This document shows positions 34,989-44,928 of a stretch of 64,000 nucleotides of DNA, one piece after another. A program made the position numbers and the translations under genes. The DNA lies in NCBI RefSeq assembly GCF_027921745.1, contig NC_079238.1, forward strand, positions 2,356,001 through 2,420,000, given 5' to 3'. The notes under the pieces were generated by a model. That model worked only from the letters and a program-made list of their open reading frames with translations, searched no databases and was not told the origin of the DNA. Each line of letters starts with the position of its first letter. The stretch's first letter is position 1. This stretch comes from Schizosaccharomyces osmophilus. Its lineage: Eukaryota.

Positions 34989-36815
34989 ATGAGTTTAAAC
35001 TTATCATACCTTGTTAATCCTCCTACCGAAACTGGATCATCAATTCCTGCTGATACCGACCATGCCATATCTGTAACTCTACCAACATGGCAAGCTAACG
35101 TTGGATATGAAGAAGGGGATCCTGACGTTGCTACAAGGATGCAGACAGGCTATCCTAGATTTTTTATAAATACGTTTATTAAGGAGTGTGCTGCCAAAAT
35201 AAAAAGGTTACCTGAAGTTCAAAAGCTAAACTTGAGTAATTATGATACAATGCTTTACCCGTCCATGGCGATTGCTCAGCAATGTGTCGAGTTTATAGCT
35301 AAGAAAGCGCAATTGGAACCATCAACTCTTCCTATGGTTGATGCTTCTCAATCTTTAAAGTCACATCTGAAGACTCTAGGATCTCATCATAATAAGGACA
35401 TTCATATCCCTGATGTCTTTGCTGTTTTATTTCCTTCCGATCGGTTTAGCGTAGCTAAGCAGTTTTGGCAGCATACTGGTGAAGGTATTTCCAGCCGAAG
35501 AGCTGCTTGCTTTTTGCAGGCATTCCAGTTAATTCAAATTGTTGCAAAAGAGGGCTCCTATAAACAATCGTTATTACATCTAAAAAGCAAAAGTAGAAGC
35601 AGATATGCTTCTACTCATGATATGGAAGCGTTACAAAGTTGGATGAGTGACGATAATCAGTCAAATGAAGCTGAAATGACCGATTTAAGCCGTTACCTAG
35701 AGGAGCGATATGGCCGTAACTTAGATTTAAGCTTGGCAACTTCCGCCAAAATTGTTTTAAGAAGGCGAATTGCTGGAACTCTCGAAGAGGAAGTTGACTT
35801 GAAAAAGACCCTTCCCAATGAAAAAGAAAGCGAGTTGAGACAGATTCAAGGCTTGACCCATGAAGATGTATATCTTTTCCCTACTGGCATGAGCTCCATT
35901 TACAATGCTCATCGCATCCTTAGAAATGTATTGAATGGTACCAGGAAAAGCGTTTGTTTTGGATTTTGTTATGTTGATACTTTAAAAATTTTAGAGAAAT
36001 GGGGAGCTGGCTGTTATTTTTACGGACTCGGCAACGCTTCTCAGCTGGACGAATTTGAAAAACTCTTGGAAAGTGGAGAAAAGGTTTTGGGCCTATTCTG
36101 TGAATTCCCTTCTAATCCTTTATTAAATACTCCTGATCTTGTTCGTATTCGACACCTTGCAGACAAGTATGACTTTGCCGTTGTTGTGGATGAAACAATT
36201 GGAAATTTCCTAAATGTGGAAGTGCTTCCCTATGCTGATATGGTTGTAAGCAGCTTGACGAAAATATTTAGTGGAGACAGTAATGTCATGGGTGGTAGCT
36301 TAGTTTTGAATCCATTAAGCCGTTTATATGGAAAATTGAAGGAGGGAATGGCGAAATTGTATGAGGATAACTTCTATGATGAGGACGCGTTAACCTTGGA
36401 GAGAAACAGCCGTGATTTCGCCGACAGATCTAAGGTCATAAACCAAAACGCTGAGGTTATATGTGAATTATTACGGAAGAGTCCGAAAGTGAAGCAGCTA
36501 TACTATCCCAAATACAATCCTTCTTCAAACAACTACGAAACTTGCAAAAGAAAGAATGGTGGTTACGGAGGATTATTATCCGTTGTTTTTCATGATCCAT
36601 CCAATGCACGACGCTTTTATGATCACATTGGTGTTGCAAAGGGGCCTTCTCTAGGAACCAACTTTACATTGGCTTCTCCCTATACTATCATCGCTCACTA
36701 TCAAGAATTAGATTGGGCCGAAGAGAACGGCATCAATAGAAACCTGGTCCGTATTAGCGTTGGCATGGAACCAAAAAAGCATCTATCCGCAGTATTCTCA
36801 GAAGCTCTAGACTAG
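34989..36815 (+). CDS. Cystathionine gamma-synthase (Str2-like, PLP-dependent)
   Basis: [33 protein letters not shown] (PLP Lys) and [11 protein letters not shown] motifs. Confidence 0.9.
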   Translation: MSLNLSYLVNPPTETGSSIPADTDHAISVTLPTWQANVGYEEGDPDVATRMQTGYPRFFINTFIKECAAKIKRLPEVQKLNLSNYDTMLYPSMAIAQQCVEFIAKKAQLEPSTLPMVDASQSLKSHLKTLGSHHNKDIHIPDVFAVLFPSDRFSVAKQFWQHTGEGISSRRAACFLQAFQLIQIVAKEGSYKQSLLHLKSKSRSRYASTHDMEALQSWMSDDNQSNEAEMTDLSRYLEERYGRNLDLSLATSAKIVLRRRIAGTLEEEVDLKKTLPNEKESELRQIQGLTHEDVYLFPTGMSSIYNAHRILRNVLNGTRKSVCFGFCYVDTLKILEKWGAGCYFYGLGNASQLDEFEKLLESGEKVLGLFCEFPSNPLLNTPDLVRIRHLADKYDFAVVVDETIGNFLNVEVLPYADMVVSSLTKIFSGDSNVMGGSLVLNPLSRLYGKLKEGMAKLYEDNFYDEDALTLERNSRDFADRSKVINQNAEVICELLRKSPKVKQLYYPKYNPSSNNYETCKRKNGGYGGLLSVVFHDPSNARRFYDHIGVAKGPSLGTNFTLASPYTIIAHYQELDWAEENGINRNLVRISVGMEPKKHLSAVFSEALD

Positions 36816-37114
36816 CGCAACTATACGTTTACTTATTTTTCTACATGATAGTGTCTTATGAACGAAATGAATGTAATAATGTTAAAATCCTTAAACCTAT
36901 TATGATGATGCCTTCAATATTTGACATTTAATGATGGATGTTTGAATGATTTAGTTAATTTTTTTACTAGCAATTATTATCGTAATAAAATAAAAATAAA
37001 AATAAAAAAAAGATTTCCTATTTTTCAGTTGTTTAATTGACGGGGTACCACATTCATCTCTCCTCCATTTTGGATTCTGATTTCAGCGGTACCTTTCTCG
37101 TTATTACTTTAGAA

Positions 37115-37516
37115 ATGCCAGATTCGGACCCAAATACACCTCCAGTTTCAAGGCAATATGAGCCTGAATTATTGTCTGAATATCCTTCTTTAGTTTTTGA
37201 GAATCACCTACTCACCTCACCTACTAGTCCTACAGAGGAAGTACGCGGCAGTTCTTCATACTACAAGCGTTCTCGGCGCTTAAAAAATGAAGAAGCAACT
37301 ATAGAAGATGATAATGATAGCACTGTAAGACTCATAGACACAGAGCTAGAAGAACTGTCTCCTGGTGGTGAACTAATACATTGTTCCTGTCACTTGCTTA
37401 GTAGTGTTTGTACCCAGTTACAGACCAATGTGGATAAACTGAACGAAAGCCATAAAAAAGCGTTAAAGCGTATAGAACAATTGGAAGAAATTGTTGAAGA
37501 ATTAAGAAGAAGGTAA
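37115..37516 (+). CDS. Small hypothetical protein with C-terminal coiled coil, 133 aa, immediately upstream of atg9
   Basis: ATG in good context (AGAAATG); protein-like composition; heptad-like tail LQTNVDKLNESHKKALKRIEQLEEIVEEL; position recalls S. pombe SPBC15D4.08c. Confidence 0.6.
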   Translation: MPDSDPNTPPVSRQYEPELLSEYPSLVFENHLLTSPTSPTEEVRGSSSYYKRSRRLKNEEATIEDDNDSTVRLIDTELEELSPGGELIHCSCHLLSSVCTQLQTNVDKLNESHKKALKRIEQLEEIVEELRRR

Positions 37517-37565
37517 AAGTCGCCAATGAAAGAACAAAGGATTGACTTTTTTGACGAATGAAAAT

Positions 37566-39698
37566 ATGTATTATTTACCAAGGCGAAAGGAATTGCTGTT
37601 AAAAGCAGCCGGGGATATAGAGGCACAGGATGATATTCCTAATCATCCTGAAACATTGGAAGCGTGGCAGGAGTCTCTAGACAGTGATGATGAAAATCCT
37701 TTACTACGTTCAACCATTGAGCAACATTCGACGACGGGACCTTCGAACTCAGCATCTAAAGGAACTTTAAATGATCCAAGGTTTGGCACCAAAAAGTATT
37801 CTGAATTATCGGAGACTAGCGAAACCAATAATCCTACGAGTTTTGAGTCTTCAGCACAGCAAACAGTAAAACCAAAACATGGCATTCGTTCTGTCGAAAA
37901 TTATATGAACCGTCAACCTCCAGCTGTTTCGTCCTCGATGAGGGCTTCTTCCTCGCCAAACGAAGGACTTGGAAAAACCGACAGGGACAAAGTATCAACT
38001 GCATATCCAAATAAATCAGTACAAATTCAACTTCCAAGGAATGAGTTTTCTGGTGCAAGGACTTTATGGAATCGTTTAAGTCCTCATGATCGTGTTCTTT
38101 GGCGCTGGGCGAATGTTGAAAACTTAGACAACTTTCTGCAGCAAGTGTATTCTTTTTACATCGGAAAAGGATTCTCATGTATGTTTGTTCAAAGGTTGTT
38201 TCAGATTTTAACCATATCATTTGTTATTGGCTTCACTACCTTTATTACTAGCTGCATCGACTGGTCTGCGGTAATTCCCCGTGGATCTTTGGCTAACGCT
38301 ACGAAGTCGCATTGCATTGCCCAAATGTCTCCTTTGGATACACTTTTTCTGTGGCTGTTTATGAGTTTTTTGGTTGCTCTGTGGATATATTACCTTACTG
38401 ACATCCCAAGGTTATGGCATATTCGAGAATTTTTCATTCATGCGCTAAAGGTTTCAAGTACAGATATGGCAACCGTATCATGGCAGCGGGTATTGTATCG
38501 TTTGTACAAGCTAAGAAACGTGAATGCTTTAACCGCTGAAGATGGTCGAGTGGTATCTCTTTATAATATGAAACGTTTAGATGCACAAGCAATTACAAAT
38601 AGAATTATGAGAAAAGAAAACTATTTTATTGCTTTAATCAATAACGACGTTATTGATCTTGAGTTACCTCTTTTGAGAAAAAGGATACTCACACACACAA
38701 CTGAGTGGAATATTAATTGGTGTATTTTTAATTTCGTTTTTGATGACCAAGGTCAAATACTTGAGACATTTAGAAACGTTAATTCTCGAAAGCGCCTTGC
38801 AGAGGAGCTTGGACGTCGCTTTATCGTAGCTGGGTTTTTAAATTGCTTATTCTCTCCTATCGTTGCCGTGTACTTGTTGGTGCATAACTTTTTTCGATAC
38901 TTTGATGAATTTCATAAGAATCCTAGTTTACTGGGGATACGAAGGTATACACCTTTAGCCTTATGGACGTTTCGCGAATACAATGAACTCCCCCACGTTT
39001 TCGATGAGAGAATCAGTAAAAGTTATGAATATGCTTCCCATTATGTATCCCAATTTCCTGATTTCAATGTTATCAGATTCGTAAAGTATGTTTCCTTCAT
39101 ACTTGGAAGCTTCACAGCCGTACTGGTGATAATGACCCTTTTTGACCCAGAAATAATGATGACATTTGAATTGACAAAGGATCGTACCGTCATATTTTAC
39201 TTGGGTATATTTGGTTCTCTAATTGCTGCTCTGCGTTCTTTGATTCCGGATGAAACGCTTGTTTTCGATCCAGAAAAGGCTTTACGTAAAGTAGCTTATT
39301 TCACTCATTATCTGCCAGAATGGTGGCAGAGAAACATGGATAGCAAATCCATTCAGCAAGAATTTTGCTCCCTGTATACCTATAGAATAGTTAATGTTCT
39401 ATGGGAGATTCTGGGGATTCTCTTGACTCCTATATTGCTTTTTTTTACCTTCCCTGCATGCAGTCAAGAAATAGTAGACTTTTTTAGAGAGCATACTGTG
39501 CATGTTGAAGGGGTTGGGTATGTTTGCAGCCATGCTGTATTTCAGTCTGATCCTCAATATGGCTCAGTAGCAGCGATGGTTAATTCTCGAAAAATAAATG
39601 CTACTTTTCAGAACAAACCTGAGATGTCGAGAATAAATTTTTTACAGAACTTGAATCCTAAAGTGACTGAACAAACTTCTGATGAGTTCTTGGATTAA
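37566..39698 (+). CDS. atg9: Autophagy lipid scramblase Atg9, 710 aa
   Basis: W.WANVENLD.FL, NRIMRKENY, FREYNELPH and VEGVGYVCS motifs; first ATG of the frame at 37566. Confidence 0.93.
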   Translation: MYYLPRRKELLLKAAGDIEAQDDIPNHPETLEAWQESLDSDDENPLLRSTIEQHSTTGPSNSASKGTLNDPRFGTKKYSELSETSETNNPTSFESSAQQTVKPKHGIRSVENYMNRQPPAVSSSMRASSSPNEGLGKTDRDKVSTAYPNKSVQIQLPRNEFSGARTLWNRLSPHDRVLWRWANVENLDNFLQQVYSFYIGKGFSCMFVQRLFQILTISFVIGFTTFITSCIDWSAVIPRGSLANATKSHCIAQMSPLDTLFLWLFMSFLVALWIYYLTDIPRLWHIREFFIHALKVSSTDMATVSWQRVLYRLYKLRNVNALTAEDGRVVSLYNMKRLDAQAITNRIMRKENYFIALINNDVIDLELPLLRKRILTHTTEWNINWCIFNFVFDDQGQILETFRNVNSRKRLAEELGRRFIVAGFLNCLFSPIVAVYLLVHNFFRYFDEFHKNPSLLGIRRYTPLALWTFREYNELPHVFDERISKSYEYASHYVSQFPDFNVIRFVKYVSFILGSFTAVLVIMTLFDPEIMMTFELTKDRTVIFYLGIFGSLIAALRSLIPDETLVFDPEKALRKVAYFTHYLPEWWQRNMDSKSIQQEFCSLYTYRIVNVLWEILGILLTPILLFFTFPACSQEIVDFFREHTVHVEGVGYVCSHAVFQSDPQYGSVAAMVNSRKINATFQNKPEMSRINFLQNLNPKVTEQTSDEFLD

Positions 39699-40090
39699 CT
39701 TGCTTTTACATGGCATTTTCCCGTACAACATATTCAATTGGGAAGCGTATATATGCAGGGTGATCATTACTACACTCAAGGGTTTTCAAGCTTTTTTATG
39801 AGTCCTTGTGTCTTTTTTAATAATTATATCCTTCCTGGCGTCATGTCTAGCTACGTTTATGATGGTTTTTTTTTTTTTTTGTTTTACGCAACTAATAATA
39901 TGATTTTTATGACTTTAAATAAAGTAATATAGGCTTTGATAATCACGGTAAGATGCAAAGAGAACATCAATACATTAAAATCATAGCTGGATATCATGTG
40001 CTTAATTACATATCTAGTTTTTTATTCTCTTGTATACAAATTGATGAGTATTCCTTTCACAGTAACCATTCCTGCTTCTGTATAGTGGCA

Positions 40091-40616
40091 TTAAGGGTAT
40101 AATATATAGCGAAACGCATCTGTACCGTTCAAATAATATCGGTAGAGCCTTTTGTACCTGCAAAAGCCTAGTCGTTCATAGAAAGACATTGCTGCATCAT
40201 TATCTACTTCAGTTTCTAAAACAATTTCTTGGGCACCCTTTTCGATCATGACATTTAAACTCGCCTTTGTTAGTAGAGTTGCAATACCCTTTCCTCGGTG
40301 AGAATCTTTGACGGCCAGCATAGCGATATAGCCTCGAAGACTTTGTCCACGATGAATATCTTGTTTGCTTATAACAGCACCAACCATCTGCCCATCGAGC
40401 AAAGCAACAAAATTGTATTCAGGCCTAAACAAAAGACATGTAAGTTTACAGCAACAAGTCGAGATAACTTGGAAAGATGAATTCCTAGTTTGAAGCTTAC
40501 CATTGATGCACGAAATACCGATACACATATTTGCTATAAGGCTCACTTAAATCTTTTTTTATAAGTTGGCAGACTTCTTCCAAATATTTATGATGATAGG
40601 GAACAATATCAACCAT
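40091..40616 (-). CDS. naa30: NatC catalytic subunit Naa30/Mak3; join(40616..40501,40424..40091), 149 aa
   Basis: DLSEPYSKYVYRYFVHQW|P, RGYIAMLAV and RLYRYYLNG.DA motifs. Confidence 0.93.
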
Positions 40617-40994
40617 TGCTAAAATTGAGTTTCGTCAGCCAAAACGGCAGTTTGGCAGTGTCATTGAGATATTTTGTAATACATTTGAGTCACACCAAGC
40701 ATGTACTACTTTACCTTTGTAAAGAGAATTACAAGTAGCAGCTTCTTATATGAATAAAGGATAAAGGAATAAGGCTACTTCTTTATTCATTGAGTTTAGA
40801 TCAAAGGAAAATGTGTTTCCCGGCATCGTATTAGCAAGCATAGTTCAAATGATAGATGGCAAAGGCAGCACAGCATGTCAAAGAGTTTCCAACAAAATAA
40901 AATACTGTTTATTAATTTACTATAGATAACTATCGAAGAATTGATGGACATAACGATCTGCCATGAGTTAAATAATAGAGTCAAGACATTCTTT

Positions 40995-42224
40995 CTATGC
41001 CAAAAATGGGGGGATGCGATTAAGATTCTTGCCGATTAAAACAGTAATAGGTTTCAGCTCTGCACCAGAATCTAGTTTTGCAGGCTTTGGTAGAGGTAAT
41101 ACTTCAAAAACTTCACGGACTCCCTGCATTACATGCCACGAACCATCTTCCTTCTCAAGTAAGGCTTTGCTTCGATATATCATATATTCTTCGCCTTCAC
41201 CAGTTTCTAAACAGAACCATAAAATTCCGCGTATCCATTGTAGCCATCGTTCATAAACATCAGCAGACATCCTCCTTGGTAGTTCAAATGTCCGACTTGT
41301 TATACTAGTTACAGGCGTCTTACTCGTACATACTTTGTCATGTCCAACATCATGGCAATTGTGAGTATGGGGAGTCGAAGGAACCAGAAACTTTTGAAAG
41401 TCCTCGCTTTCTCGATATGCGTTCAGGTTCAGGATTTCTTGAATATCGTGAATCCGCCCATAGCTTGTTTCACAAACCTTGGCGAGGGGATTGATGGAGC
41501 GGACAACATGGTAAATTCGCTCTAGTTCTGTCGTGTCTACTTTATCTGTTTTGTTTAGGACAAGACAATCAGCATGGCTGATCTGAATGCTACCTATTTC
41601 GGTGCTATCGTTGAGGATGTTGTCAAGGTTTTGACAATCGATCACCGTTACAACACCGTCCAGCTGTACATCGCTACCCAATGCATCGTCGAGCCAAAAC
41701 GTCTGGGCTAAGGGACCTGGATTGGCAACCCCGGTGGTTTCAATCACTATGCTGTCAAACTTTCCTTTCTGCTCCATCAGTTGTTCGATTGCTTTGATAC
41801 CACTGTCTTTCACAGTACAACACATACACCCGTTCGATAGACTAACCCATTCTTCATAAAGCTCTTCTCCACCAGCTTCTTCCATTAAGTTTCGTTCTAA
41901 GTCACCGGAGTCTCCGACTTCGTTCATTAAGACGGCGACTCGCTTTCCCTGCGCATTTTCAAGAATGCATTTCAACAGGGATGTTTTCCCTGCACCTAAG
42001 AATCCAGTCAAAATCGTCACGGGAACTGGTTTATAACCGACATTCCCTTGATCAGACTTTGATGGTGAACTTTCGTTTCCAATACCTGAAGCAACAGCTT
42101 CCTTTCCAATGGCGTCAAGCTCCTTTTCGTCAAGGCATGCTGGTTCTTTATTTCGTTGTAATTCATCCTTACCGATGACTGATTCATCCACTAGCAACGG
42201 AGGTTCCTCTGTTTCTTTGGACAT
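40995..42224 (-). CDS. COG0523/CobW-family Zn-chaperone GTPase (Zng1-like)
   Basis: TGFLGAGKT Walker A, GCMCC metal motif, ETTG, NKTD, His-rich linker and QGV CobW_C motif. Confidence 0.92.
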   Translation of the reverse strand: MSKETEEPPLLVDESVIGKDELQRNKEPACLDEKELDAIGKEAVASGIGNESSPSKSDQGNVGYKPVPVTILTGFLGAGKTSLLKCILENAQGKRVAVLMNEVGDSGDLERNLMEEAGGEELYEEWVSLSNGCMCCTVKDSGIKAIEQLMEQKGKFDSIVIETTGVANPGPLAQTFWLDDALGSDVQLDGVVTVIDCQNLDNILNDSTEIGSIQISHADCLVLNKTDKVDTTELERIYHVVRSINPLAKVCETSYGRIHDIQEILNLNAYRESEDFQKFLVPSTPHTHNCHDVGHDKVCTSKTPVTSITSRTFELPRRMSADVYERWLQWIRGILWFCLETGEGEEYMIYRSKALLEKEDGSWHVMQGVREVFEVLPLPKPAKLDSGAELKPITVLIGKNLNRIPPFLA

Positions 42225-42550
42225 GGCTTCCTTTTACAGATAGTGTAGGGAAAAGAACGAACGAATCTTATGAATCTTACTTACCTATAGAAAGTCTATC
42301 AAATATACATTTACCAACAAATACATACTCCCTGGTATTCTCAACAGAGTAAAAAGCACACAGTACCCATTACTATTTTAGAAACATACAATTACAAATC
42401 TCATTCACTGTATCCATCTATTCTCATACTACTATTACTGAAGCTCAAAGGGATTGAATTTCAGCATCAACTGCAATTCAGCATGCCAAAGCTAACTCTA
42501 GGAAACAATAACTCCATTTCACACAACATTGTCATGAGAATTAGAGAAAA

Positions 42551-42700
42551 TGTCTCCTTAACAGAGACGAACTCAAAAATGATGCACTCGAATCTGACCG
42601 TAGCCAGTCCGCAACTGTTCGTCAGAGCTAAAGTGCAATGCAAAGACAAACAGCTGAGCTTCCACAATTCTTGAGCTGCGAAAACCCGTGCCAGGTAAGT
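42551..42700 (-). ncRNA. snu1: U1 spliceosomal snRNA (~150 nt)
   Basis: Minus strand starts ACUUACCUGG (5' splice-site complement), has the U1A loop CAUUGCAC, the Sm site AUUUUUG and a terminal hairpin GUCUC-UGUUAAG-GAGAC. Confidence 0.97.
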
Positions 42701-42751
42701 AAAGAACAAGAAGTGTAAAAACATTAATTTATACCATCTTAACGTAAAAAG

Positions 42752-42759
42752 CAGTCACA
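42752..42759. promoter_or_regulatory. Homol D box upstream of U1 snRNA
   Basis: CAGTCACA on + (TGTGACTG on the U1 strand) 52-59 nt upstream of U1 +1; Homol E-like AACCCTA (~42802) and GGGGTAGGG (~42845) lie further upstream. Confidence 0.65.
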
Positions 42760-43304
42760 AAGTAGTCACGTATATCATAATATGATATTTTATTGTTACG
42801 GAACCCTATGGAGAGCCGATGACCCCCCATTCGGTACTTTGTTTGGGGTAGGGAATTCATTTCCTTCCTGGCAGGAATACTTGGGGGTGGAATATGGGCA
42901 CATGTATGTGCTTTGTTTCATTGAGAACGAAAGGCAGTACTCCAAAAAAAAGGAATTGTATATATATATTTATCTATATAAAGTAATAAAATTGAAAATA
43001 AACATAAAGGAGAATTTTTCAAATAATAAATAAAAGAATCGAAGTTTATAAGGAGTATTCATAAAGTACATCTTGACAATTGCTATTGAATCCAAGTACG
43101 AGGGGCATGAAAGCCTCCATGGAAAGAAAAGAAAGACTTGATGAAGTGTAGCAGATCGATCCTTTTGGAGATCCTTCGCTGTCACATAAACTATATACTA
43201 TATTTTGACAGAACGGGAACTCCAACAAACGAAGGTCAAACTCGTTGCAGCTGCAGCCAAAAAAATGAAGCTCCAATATTATGTAGGAAAACTTAGCCGA
43301 CGTG

Positions 43305-44657
43305 TTAGATATTGTCTTGAGGATACACTAATGGAGCGAACCCATGTCGTATAATCAAGCCAAACAAGCCAACAGCGAGTTGGATTCCCATGATGCAAAG
43401 TGTTAAGTGATCTTCTCGCATAGGACCGAAATGATATAAAACGAAGTTGATGATTGTGAAATTTGTGCATCTAGTAGGCCTCTTCGTTTTATGATCCCAG
43501 TCAACACGAATAAGACGAAATGCTTCGAATACACGTATCGTTAGTAACGTTTTGGTAGGCAAAGGGACTCCTTCAGTAAATACCGTGTAAGAATTTTCTA
43601 GCAATCCGGTTTTCACGTTCAAGCGAGGGAGACGATGGCGAGGACATTCAACAAAACCAAATAACTGGGGTACTGAGAGTATAAAATTAAAGATCTGTGG
43701 GATGAAGAACAGCATTAACGTCTTGGAAAAATGTCCCAGAATACCCACAACAGCTAAAACCATTCCGGCGAAATAGCAAAACGTGTCTCCGACAAATACA
43801 CGGGAAGGCCACCAATTGTATTTTAGTAAACCGGCAGTGACTCCAAGTAAAGGAAGGATGAGATAGATGGATAGAAGATGAGCACGCACAGCTTCAGGGT
43901 TGCTTGGGTGAAAGACGTAAATTAAGTCGTTGCAAAGGACGACGAGACCTATCACAAATGATTGCCCCGCCTCCACGCCGTTCACGCCTGCAATAATGTT
44001 GATACTATTTGGACAGAAAATAGCAACCGCTGCCATGTAAATATAGTACAGAAATCCCAAATCTACGACAGTGCGTTGAAAAAATGGACGTAAAAGAGTG
44101 GGAACGGACACATAAGTGACTCCATAATCAACATAGTAAACTACTAGTAAAGGAATGGCCGCGATTGCTGGGAGAAAGAACTTATGGCGCCAACGAATAT
44201 CAAATAAGTCGTCAAATATACCAAGTAAAGAAATCGATAAAATGGAAATAACAGCAGATAAGTAAGCTCCTAGCTGGTCATGAGGAAACTGGACCTCAGC
44301 TACGGAAGTGTATCCGTCACTCAAGACTCCGAGTGGATTGTCTTGCTGGTTTCGAGATCGTTCAGGGACCAAGTACTTGTAAAATAGGACCGGGATAAAT
44401 AATATCATGCACATGAAATACACCATTGCAGAAACGGCTCCCATGGTTTCCGGAATCACGCGCTTCTCTACCTTGTTCATGTCTTTTCCTGAAAATCCTC
44501 GACGTATGAAAGCCGCTCCAACGCGAGGAATGAAAAACGCCGTTGCTTTATACGCAAGCACAGATAATCCTATATTGGAAAGCAGTGGTGAATGCTTTTG
44601 GCTTGCCATCAGTAAAAGGCCAAGGGCCCATATTCCTAGGCTAATAATCTTGCTCAT
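43305..44657 (-). CDS. gpt2: UDP-GlcNAc:dolichyl-phosphate GlcNAc-1-P transferase (ALG7/DPAGT1)
   Basis: GKDMNK, DDLFDIRWRHK, NSINIIAGVNGVE, FVGDTFCY and CPRHRLP motifs. Confidence 0.95.
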   Translation of the reverse strand: MSKIISLGIWALGLLLMASQKHSPLLSNIGLSVLAYKATAFFIPRVGAAFIRRGFSGKDMNKVEKRVIPETMGAVSAMVYFMCMILFIPVLFYKYLVPERSRNQQDNPLGVLSDGYTSVAEVQFPHDQLGAYLSAVISILSISLLGIFDDLFDIRWRHKFFLPAIAAIPLLVVYYVDYGVTYVSVPTLLRPFFQRTVVDLGFLYYIYMAAVAIFCPNSINIIAGVNGVEAGQSFVIGLVVLCNDLIYVFHPSNPEAVRAHLLSIYLILPLLGVTAGLLKYNWWPSRVFVGDTFCYFAGMVLAVVGILGHFSKTLMLFFIPQIFNFILSVPQLFGFVECPRHRLPRLNVKTGLLENSYTVFTEGVPLPTKTLLTIRVFEAFRLIRVDWDHKTKRPTRCTNFTIINFVLYHFGPMREDHLTLCIMGIQLAVGLFGLIIRHGFAPLVYPQDNI

Positions 44658-44928
44658 TTCAATTAAATTATTGTTTTAAAGATAAAGGGACTTATACATG
44701 TGCTTTCCTCCACTAAATCTCTACTCTTTCATATGTAAGAACTAATACTAGGTCTGCCGTAAACGCTACCTTTATATGCTACTGGTTAATGCAAAGTGGT
44801 GTCAAATGGATGAATCGTACTCGCAAAAGCTCCGTATTATAAGAAAGGAAACTAATTGTAGCAAAAAAAAAAGTCAATATGTATTTTCTGTCTAAAATTA
44901 TATACAAGATAAATAAATAAATTAGCGT

